From assembly GCA_048938295.1 (NCBI GenBank), contig JBHLMI010000021.1, positions 14,864 to 46,863 on the forward strand: a DNA stretch of 32,000 nucleotides, given 5' to 3'. The number at the start of each line of letters is the position of its first letter. Positions within the stretch are counted from its first letter, which is position 1. Below are positions 24,941-32,000 of the stretch, in pieces. A program made the position numbers and the translations under genes. This DNA comes from Promethearchaeota archaeon (GTDB lineage Archaea > Asgardarchaeota > Hermodarchaeia > Hermodarchaeales > Hermodarchaeaceae). The notes under the pieces are model-generated. The model was not told the DNA's origin, did not search any database, and was given only the letters and a program-made list of their open reading frames with translations.

Positions 24941-25564
24941 TTACGTTGGACTATGGGCTACACTTTGGGCTTGTTCGGCGAGGCTCAGCTGATTGCGTTG
25001 CATGGCAGAACAGAGGGTACTAAAAACTAATTTCACGTTTTTCCCGGTTTTTGCTGAACAGGGGATATAGTCTGTGATGTGATGGCGAGTACAGAAGTCA
25101 TAGATAGTCTCTAATGCAATGGCTGGTTGGAGGTCGAATTTATTTCCAACCAGGACGAGGGTCATCTGGTCATTGGAGGAGTTCCATGACTTAATGAACT
25201 CGATCCATTGGCCTGCTGTTTCAATTGATTCGGGTGTGGTCAAATCGAAGACCAAGGCGACTCCGCTCGCCCCTTGACAGAATCGTGGCATGAGGCAGCG
25301 AAACCGTTCGTGTCCACTCAGATCCCAGATACTCAAGTTGACGGGACCTGCTTCACCGTGACAGACTTTCTGAGCAAAGTTGACACCAATCGTGGGTTTA
25401 ACGTCTGTGAAGCCTTCGAAAACTAAACTGTTGACTAGGCTAGTTTTTCCCACATTAATTGCTCCTGCGACGAGCACTTTTGCGAGAGAAGCTCTTTCAG
25501 TTACCATGGTTGTGTTCATTGCATCCCTTGCAATGACCCTTATAGCCTCCACACTAGTCGCCAT
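24941..25564 (-). CDS. Ras-superfamily (Rab-like) small GTPase
   Basis: G1 GAINVGKTS, G2 PTIG, G3 WDLSGHE, RabF-like RFRCLMPRF, G4 NKFD and G5 CSAK. Confidence 0.9.
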   Translation of the reverse strand: MATSVEAIRVIARDAMNTTMVTERASLAKVLVAGAINVGKTSLVNSLVFEGFTDVKPTIGVNFAQKVCHGEAGPVNLSIWDLSGHERFRCLMPRFCQGASGVALVFDLTTPESIETAGQWIEFIKSWNSSNDQMTLVLVGNKFDLQPAIALETIYDFCTRHHITDYIPCSAKTGKNVKLVFSTLCSAMQRNQLSLAEQAQSVAHSPT

Positions 25565-25567
25565 CTA

Positions 25568-26782
25568 TTATATTGAAGCCCGTCTACGTTTGCGAATGAA
25601 ATACGCACCGACTGTGACGACAGGAACAATGATTATGAGTGAAAGCAACAGCCCCAAGGCAATGGGGTTTGAAGCAAGTGGTGTATATTCTTCGATGGCC
25701 CGAAAAACGAAATCTTGTACTAATCCGAATACATCGATTTCCCCCTCAAAATCGGATGCGGTTTGCACGATAACTAGGTCGTATTCAGGATGAACGATGA
25801 TCCATTGACTGTATAAGCCTCGGGCTTCAAAGGTTCCCGCTGATAGCAGTTTCCACCACTGGTAACCATAGCCTGTGCCTGCCCAGGGATGAGCTGGTGA
25901 GTGTTGTGATTGGTGCACCCAGTTTGAGGAAATGATTTGTGTGCCATCCCATTCACCATCGTTTAAGTAGAGTAATCCAAACTTCGCCATATCCCGGGGT
26001 CGGAGGTAAAGTTCGCTCCCTCCGAAGTTAAGTCCATTGCGATCACGTGTCCATCTAACCGTGGAGATACCTAAGGGCTCGAAAAGGTTGTCTGAAGCAA
26101 AGTCTATAGGAAATTGACCCGTGGTTTCACGAATTATCCCCGCTAGAAGATGTGAGGCTCCAGTATTGTATACCCAGCTTGTTCCGGGTTCGGTAGCCAT
26201 GGGACGGTCGAGCATAAACTGGATGCAGTTACTGCTGTATATCATCTGAACAAGGTCATTTCGGCTATCGGTGTATGGATAGGTCCATTCATCCCATTCC
26301 AGCCCCGCCCTCATATTGAGCAGGTTTTCCACGGTCATCCGTTCTTTCCGAGCATCAAGGTTCGCAATGGTTCGATCTGTGAAAAAGGAGACCACCGGCG
26401 TATCCACACTTGAAATGTAGCCTTGATCGATGGCAATTCCAATAAGAGCTGAGGTGAAGCTTTTCGTTACGGAGTGCAGGATGTGAGAATTATGAACTTC
26501 ATAAGACCCGGGATAGTCCTCATAGACGATATACCCATGGCGTATCACCAGATATGAATCCAATGGTAACTCATTCGTATGAATATGGGTATGTAATTGT
26601 TGGAGGATGGCCGAGTTCATTCCCTGTAATTCGGGGGAAGACACCCGCCACTCAGCAGTGGGCCAATAATCTGGTGTCAACTGCTGTTGGTTCATATGAA
26701 TTGTATTAGGAATCCCCCATACAGGTGTTAACGCAAGGCATAACAAAAAGAGAAACCACCAATAACGATTCATGCCTACCAC
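25568..26782 (-). CDS. Secreted, membrane-anchored serine hydrolase (beta-lactamase class C / NylB-like)
   Basis: Signal peptide, SVTK (SxxK), YNT (YxN) and C-terminal TM + RKRRR. Confidence 0.85.
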   Translation of the reverse strand: MVGMNRYWWFLFLLCLALTPVWGIPNTIHMNQQQLTPDYWPTAEWRVSSPELQGMNSAILQQLHTHIHTNELPLDSYLVIRHGYIVYEDYPGSYEVHNSHILHSVTKSFTSALIGIAIDQGYISSVDTPVVSFFTDRTIANLDARKERMTVENLLNMRAGLEWDEWTYPYTDSRNDLVQMIYSSNCIQFMLDRPMATEPGTSWVYNTGASHLLAGIIRETTGQFPIDFASDNLFEPLGISTVRWTRDRNGLNFGGSELYLRPRDMAKFGLLYLNDGEWDGTQIISSNWVHQSQHSPAHPWAGTGYGYQWWKLLSAGTFEARGLYSQWIIVHPEYDLVIVQTASDFEGEIDVFGLVQDFVFRAIEEYTPLASNPIALGLLLSLIIIVPVVTVGAYFIRKRRRASI

Positions 26783-26863
26783 TTCCTACTCTTACGTTCC
26801 GATGGCTAGGCAAACGTTGTTTCTCCTTAAATGCTTCCAGAATCCGGCAGAAATCCCCTATGA

Positions 26864-27523
26864 CTATCGCATACGTTGCCCAATATATTCGACAATCCAT
26901 TCTTTTCGAGGTTTCTTGAAATTCAAGATTGATTCCATACCCTCAATACAATGGATGACTTTTAACTTCGAGAATAAATCCAAAACCTCAACCTTTGTAA
27001 AAAAATGATAATGTAAATTGTACCGGGAAACATAGTAGGTATTCGGCTCAACTAGCTTGATTTCTCTCTTGTTGCGTATATAGAACTCAAATTCGTCAAG
27101 GGAAAAGACCCGTAAATATACACAACCATGCTTGGCTAGGCCATTGTAGATTTGATCCGCTAGAGTTTCAATTTCTGATTTTGTAAAGAATTGCAGAACT
27201 TTTGATGCAATAATAAGTGAATACCGTCGTTTCGGAATAACAAAATCCCGTAAATCGGATTGCTTAACAGACACTTGTAATTCTTCGGTTTCAGTTCGCT
27301 CTTGACACTTCTTCACCCAAGTCTTAGAAATATCGATGCAATCGACTTCATAGCCCAATTGAGCAAAGAACAGAGTATTTCGTCCATTACCCATACCAAG
27401 GTCTAGCACAGGACCCTGTGCAAATAGATTCTGATATTCCATGAGCACCCAATCAGGTTCCAGCCCCCATTCTGTTACAAGAGTTTGATACGCGCTAAGC
27501 CATGTCCTAGGTTTTGATGGCAT
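26864..27523 (-). CDS. Class I SAM-dependent methyltransferase (TehB-like)
   Basis: VLDLGMGNGRN motif I and VDCIDIS; SD GAGAGGT. Confidence 0.82.
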   Translation of the reverse strand: MPSKPRTWLSAYQTLVTEWGLEPDWVLMEYQNLFAQGPVLDLGMGNGRNTLFFAQLGYEVDCIDISKTWVKKCQERTETEELQVSVKQSDLRDFVIPKRRYSLIIASKVLQFFTKSEIETLADQIYNGLAKHGCVYLRVFSLDEFEFYIRNKREIKLVEPNTYYVSRYNLHYHFFTKVEVLDLFSKLKVIHCIEGMESILNFKKPRKEWIVEYIGQRMR

Positions 27524-27541
27524 AATCGTTTACCTCTCATT

Positions 27542-27567
27542 ACCCAAGATAGCAACTTATCTTGGGT
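27542..27567. promoter_or_regulatory. Perfect 10-bp inverted repeat in a divergent promoter region
   Basis: ACCCAAGATA-GCAACT-TATCTTGGGT lies just upstream of the methyltransferase SD. Confidence 0.55.
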
Positions 27568-27718
27568 TTTTGCGAAGTGGTCTTTACAATATTAGGTGGC
27601 AAAGAAGTTTAATTATATCAAAATATGCAGTTTAGGGAATAAACCGCGAGGAAGAGATTTTATAGGAGGGTAGATTTGCCTGTTATAGTCGACCGTTGAG
27701 GGTGTCCTTACGTCAAAA

Positions 27719-29629
27719 GTGCCTACGAAATCGGAACATAAAAACGCAAAAGGTAAAAATCAAAACGAAGACACCCGTCAGTTTGAAGACGTAGAAACAA
27801 AAAAGCGCGATTCATGGTATGTGAGATTACGAACCAGCCTTAGCCGTCAGATTAAGAAACGGAGATTGGATATAAGCACAAGGCGCTTAATTCGGTTGAA
27901 CGTGTTAGCTGTTATTATCGGCCTGCTCGCAGGGTTAGGGGCAGTCGGGTTTCGTTATCTGATTGAGATTATGATCCCTCTGTTTGATTTGTTGGGGCAA
28001 ATCGGTTTCTTTGTTGGTGTTTTCTGGGTTCCCATTGGATTGGCGATAATGCCGATAATCGGTGGAGTGATGGTCGGGTTTCTAACAAATAAATTTGCAC
28101 CAGAAGCCGAAGGACATGGGGTCCCAGAGATTATGACCGCACTTGCGTTAAATCAAGGCAAAATCCGCCCGCGAGTCCCAGTTATCAAAGCCATTGCCTC
28201 TGCGATTACCATTGGATCAGGAGGAAGTGCTGGCGCGGAAGGCCCTATAGGGCAAATTGGAGCTGGCGTCGGATCAAGTATTGGACAGTTATTGAATCTT
28301 AGTGAGCCTGAATTACGGGTGTTGACTGTATGTGGGGTTTCTGCAGGTATAGCGGCAGTCTTTAATGCGCCTATTGGTGGCGCGCTCTTTGGTTTGGAAG
28401 TTGTGTTGATTGGCATCGAAGCTATTGCCGTTATTCCCGTGCTGTTATCAACGGTCGTAGGCACCTCGATAGCGTCCTGGTTTTTTGGAATTGATCCATG
28501 GTTTACGGTCCCCCAATATTTTGTCCCATATAGTTGGGAATTGTTGCTCTTTATTGTCCTTGGATTGATATTAGGTCTGTTTAGCATCATTTGGGTGAAA
28601 TTTCTCTATTCAACAGAAATATTGTTTCAACGAATTCGAATTCCCCGCATGCTCAAACCAGCATTGGGTGGCGTCGTTGTTGGCTTGATTATCATGTGGT
28701 TCCCACACGTGGCTAGAGTGGGTTACGATTGGATAGAATATACATTGTTAGGATTTCTAGCACTAGGTCCGTTGATTATATTGATGGTGATGAAGCTCTT
28801 TAGTACATCAGGAACCATTGGCTCCGGGGGATCAGGTGGTGTATTTGCCCCCTCACTATACATGGGCGCGATGGGAGGAGGCGCGATTGGCACTATTTTT
28901 TATCTGCTGAACCCAGGAATGCTGACCGTCCCCATGGCCTTTGCAGTAGTGGGGATGGGCGCTTTATTTGCTGGTGCAGCGCGTGCCCCTTTAACCTGTA
29001 TCATCATGATTGCTGAAATGACACGGGATTACATGCTCCTAGTCCCTTTAATGGCCGCTTGTGCAACAAGCTACTTCATCAATCTCATGTTCTCGCGCAA
29101 CTCCATCTACACTGAAAAATTAGCCGCCAAAGGTATTCGGCTAAAACATCAATTGATCGCTGACATCATTGACACCATCACTGTGGACCAAATCATGCGC
29201 ACACATGACATCGTCGTTGCCCGACCCCACATGTACGCCTTCCAAGTCATCGAACTCGCTGACCAAACCCACCATAGCACGCTGCCCGTTGTCGAGGGCG
29301 GACGATTGATTGGGCTTGTCACCGTCCAGCAAGCATTCAAAAGCGTTCGCGAGGATTTGCCACCTGAAGACACCATCGTAGCCAAACTAGCCAGACCCGC
29401 TCCCACCGTCTATGGCGACGACTCAGCTCATACAGCGCTTGACAAAATGATTGAATCCGATGAAAGCATCGTCTGCGTCGTCGATCGCGAAGACCCCGGC
29501 CGATTTCTTGGAATACTATCTCATGGTGACATTCTACAGGCGCACAACGTTGAATGGATTCAACAACAGAGTTTGGGTCCCGAACAACCCCAACTGTATC
29601 CCGTGAAATCCGATGAAAACTCCCGTTAA
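27719..29629 (+). CDS. ClC family chloride channel/transporter with C-terminal CBS pair
   Basis: GHGVPE, GGSAGAEGP, FNAPIGGALFGLEV, GGVFAPSL and SIYT motifs; CBS motifs LPVVEGGRLIGLVT and FLGILS. Confidence 0.92.
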   Translation: MPTKSEHKNAKGKNQNEDTRQFEDVETKKRDSWYVRLRTSLSRQIKKRRLDISTRRLIRLNVLAVIIGLLAGLGAVGFRYLIEIMIPLFDLLGQIGFFVGVFWVPIGLAIMPIIGGVMVGFLTNKFAPEAEGHGVPEIMTALALNQGKIRPRVPVIKAIASAITIGSGGSAGAEGPIGQIGAGVGSSIGQLLNLSEPELRVLTVCGVSAGIAAVFNAPIGGALFGLEVVLIGIEAIAVIPVLLSTVVGTSIASWFFGIDPWFTVPQYFVPYSWELLLFIVLGLILGLFSIIWVKFLYSTEILFQRIRIPRMLKPALGGVVVGLIIMWFPHVARVGYDWIEYTLLGFLALGPLIILMVMKLFSTSGTIGSGGSGGVFAPSLYMGAMGGGAIGTIFYLLNPGMLTVPMAFAVVGMGALFAGAARAPLTCIIMIAEMTRDYMLLVPLMAACATSYFINLMFSRNSIYTEKLAAKGIRLKHQLIADIIDTITVDQIMRTHDIVVARPHMYAFQVIELADQTHHSTLPVVEGGRLIGLVTVQQAFKSVREDLPPEDTIVAKLARPAPTVYGDDSAHTALDKMIESDESIVCVVDREDPGRFLGILSHGDILQAHNVEWIQQQSLGPEQPQLYPVKSDENSR

Positions 29630-30081
29630 GCCACATTCAACAAGGATTGCTTGACGTGCTCTCACTAGCTTTAGTCAATATGAACACGTTGTTGTTTACG
29701 CCTTAATCTGTAGAAGAGATTAATTCCAGGGCAAATAGATTATTCGAGGAAGAAGACACAAACAGGATTCCGCGCCTTCTACTACATGGTCACACAGATT
29801 CTAGATTTCCTCAAGGGAAGTCTTAGTGAATTGAAAAACCGTCTTCTTCTATCATGAATCGATTCACCTCTCCAAGAATGTGAAAGACTCTACTAACAAA
29901 AAGTCTTGCTGAAAAAGAAAGTGGTGGTCGTATACCCCAAGGACAATATCGCTCCAGAACCAGTGCATATAGCTCCTTTCGAAACTAACACACTTAGGCG
30001 GTACGTGGCGGCCCGCTCAACACCTCGCCGAAGCTCGATGCGTACACGGCCGCTCGTTCAAACCGGTCTTCTACCGGAGCC

Positions 30082-30149
30082 TTCGTCCACGGTTCACCGT
30101 TCTAGTCGCCTAGCCCAGTGTGGACTACTCATCCAATAACCATGGAGTG
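30082..30149 (-). other. Enlarged helix 98 / ES39-like expansion segment in 23S rRNA
   Basis: About 68 nt at the position of the short H98. Sense-strand pairings: GUCCAC/GUGGAC enclosing hairpins CUAG-GCGA-CUAG and ACGG-UGAA-CCGU. Confidence 0.65.
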
Positions 30150-30169
30150 GGTGACTCGTCTCAGGACCC

Positions 30170-30200
<31 letters not shown>

Positions 30201-30326
30201 GGGCACAGCTTGGCTGCCCGGCGATGCCCCATCGGACAACCGGTACACCATAGGCTGCGATCCGCCGTTCCTCTCGTACCGAGCGGACCTTCCCCTCAAT
30301 CACCCAACGCACCCAAAAGAGAGAAT

Positions 30327-30369
<43 letters not shown>

Positions 30370-30484
30370 TTAACAGGCGTACAGCCTTACCCTTGGGAGC
30401 TAATGCACCCCCAGGATAGGAAGAGCCGACATCGAGGAAGCAAGCCGCGGGGTCGATATGGACTCTTGCCCGCGACGACTCTGT

Positions 30485-31149
30485 TTAGGGTCCCAGGTCG
30501 GTGTTACTTGGTGAGGTATTGTTGTAATCGTTCGCGCTTCTCCGGGTGAGTTACCCCAGAAACTCGGTGGAGGAAGCGTGTGAGATTCTCGCGTCCTGTT
30601 ATGAACAATTGCCATACGGTTCTGTTGGGTGGCTTGTAATAGCCACAGTGAATTTTGTGGTGTTCGAGGATGTCGCCTGCAATTCGAAGCTTCTGGATGC
30701 TTTCATTGTAGATGCTGAATTGTGGTTGTCCTTCACTGTTTTGAGTGGCAGATCCTTCAGCGTCTGCAAGTCCTCGTAACCATGCCATTTGTAGTGTTGG
30801 TTTCCACATCCGAATGTCTTCGGGATGTTCATGGATTATTTGGATCTGTGATACTAGTTGTTTGTCCCACACCTGAATACGATGTTCAGGTCGGGTCTGA
30901 CGTGGTTTTACTTGGACTTCCTTATCTGGAAGCACATGTTCGAGTGCAGGCTTGATGATTTCGGTTAGCCATCGTTCCGATTTGGATTCGATGTCAAAGA
31001 CATATCCTTCTTTGCCACCCCGCCCGAGACGGGCGTCTTCGGATGCGCCTGCGAGATAGGCGATGGTATCATTGAGAACCATTGTATTCCAGAACTATCG
31101 TAGGCAATTGAGTATTTATTCGTCTCACTGTTCTCGTCCGGCCTGAGAA
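30485..31149 (-). mobile_element. Archaeal bulge-helix-bulge-type 23S rRNA intron (665 nt) between A2450 and A2451
   Basis: Sense 5' junction GGGG-UA^U-UCUCAGG and 3' junction CCUGGGA-CCCU-AA^A-CAG give a 4-bp helix, two 3-nt bulges and a 7-bp intron stem. Cleavage after the second bulge nucleotide restores GGGGUAACAG. Confidence 0.88.
30504..31082 (-). CDS. Intron-encoded double-motif LAGLIDADG homing endonuclease (192 aa)
   Basis: Motif 1 AYLAGASEDA and motif 2 AWLRGLADAEGS. It lies wholly inside the intron, on the same strand as the rRNA. Confidence 0.88.
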   Translation of the reverse strand: MVLNDTIAYLAGASEDARLGRGGKEGYVFDIESKSERWLTEIIKPALEHVLPDKEVQVKPRQTRPEHRIQVWDKQLVSQIQIIHEHPEDIRMWKPTLQMAWLRGLADAEGSATQNSEGQPQFSIYNESIQKLRIAGDILEHHKIHCGYYKPPNRTVWQLFITGRENLTRFLHRVSGVTHPEKRERLQQYLTK

Positions 31150-31663
31150 TACCCCTGGGGTAATTTTTCTGACGTGATCGACCCTCATCGGTAGGGTTCG
31201 ATCGTTCGCTAGGCCCTGCTTTCGCACCAGCGCTCGTTGCTTTTCGGAGCACTGTTAAGCCAGCTTTTACCCTTGCGCGCTACACGCGGTTTCTGTCCGC
31301 GTTGAGCTGACCTTTGGGCGCCCATGATATCTTTTCGTGGGCGTGCCGCCCCAGCCAAACTGCCCACCTGCTGGTGTTATGCACCGTTTGGTGCATTAAG
31401 AGTTGCAAACACTGAAGGCTGGTGTTCCATTGGCGACTCCACCACCCCCGCAAGGGTGGCTTCGACGTCTCCCAGCTACGCTCTGCATCAATGCCCGTAA
31501 CCCAGCAACAGGCTGCAGTAAAACTCCACAGGGTCTTCTCTTCCCTTTGGGTGTCCCTGGACTGTTCGCCAGGAGGTGGGTTCACCGGGCCGCAGGCGGG
31601 GACAGTGGGGACCTCATTGATCCATTCATGCGCGTCGGTACTTATCCGACAAGGCATTTGGCT

Positions 31664-31963
31664 CAGTTCTGTTACTTTCTTGAAAGCGAAGTGCCTTCAA
31701 TACTGACCTCGAATTCGAGGCGGGCATGCATTTCTGCACGCCTCCAATAGTCGCCTATTGGCTCGGACTATATCTTACTTCATTGCTGAAGTTCTGGCGT
31801 ATAGTCTCTGAGGATGTCTCTCCCATGGGAGAGATCTTTCCTGCTGATTGTCTCCACTTGTGTATTTTTAGGGGTCATTCCTCTGTCACCAGAGGAGTAT
31901 CCTAACACAAGATACGCGAGAGGTTCCAGCATATAGCCAGATTTTACTAAGGCAACTCTGTTC
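31664..31963 (-). ncRNA. Group I self-splicing intron (300 nt, no ORF) after U1931 of 23S rRNA
   Basis: Sense strand: 5' exon ends ...UAAGGU and pairs with IGS GCCUUAG (U.G at the splice site). Core elements are P AUGCUGGAA, Q AAUCAGCAGG, R UCAGAGACUAUA and S AAGAUAUAGUCC, with P3 UCUGGC/GCCAGA and terminal omega-G. Removal restores AAGGU|AGCCAAAUGCC. Confidence 0.95.
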
Positions 31964-32000
31964 ACCTTAAGAGAGTCATAGTTACTCCCGTCGTTTAACA

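Noticed and set aside
27570-27718. Fluoride riboswitch upstream of the ClC gene
   Set aside because: Only AAACCGC matches, with no P1 or pseudoknot. The protein also lacks CLC-F signatures (GNNLI, GREGT).
30485-31149. Calling the 665-nt rRNA insert a group I intron at L2449
   Set aside because: There is no terminal G at any junction that restores the exon, no P/Q/R/S core and too little non-coding sequence. BHB geometry explains both junctions exactly.

Overview
Archaeal chromosomal window, most likely an Asgard archaeon. This is an inference from a Rab-like small GTPase, an enlarged helix-98/ES39 region in the LSU rRNA, and archaeal GAGGTGA-type SD sites; no database search was run. Bases 1-29.6 kb hold mixed housekeeping and accessory genes: 4-hydroxybutyryl-CoA dehydratase, two QueG-like Fe-S proteins, DNA polymerase IV, a cold-shock protein, a WrbA-type flavodoxin, two radical SAM enzymes, a PDO/thioredoxin reductase pair, two GNATs, regulators, surface-anchored hydrolases and a ClC-CBS protein. 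The last ~2 kb is the 3' part of a minus-strand 23S rRNA gene carrying two mechanistically different introns. One is a 300-nt ORF-less group I intron after U1931 (E. coli numbering). The other is a 665-nt bulge-helix-bulge-type archaeal intron between A2450 and A2451 that encodes a double-motif LAGLIDADG endonuclease. A third homing element, a 455-aa LAGLIDADG intein, splits the CxxxCxxC motif of the AmmeMemoRadiSam radical SAM enzyme. Features missed by the ORF track include a triply disrupted surface-protein pseudogene, a Zn-finger/wHTH gene apparently starting at ACG, a shared palindromic operator, and small ORFs with SD sites. E. coli rRNA numbering and family assignments come from motif recognition by eye.
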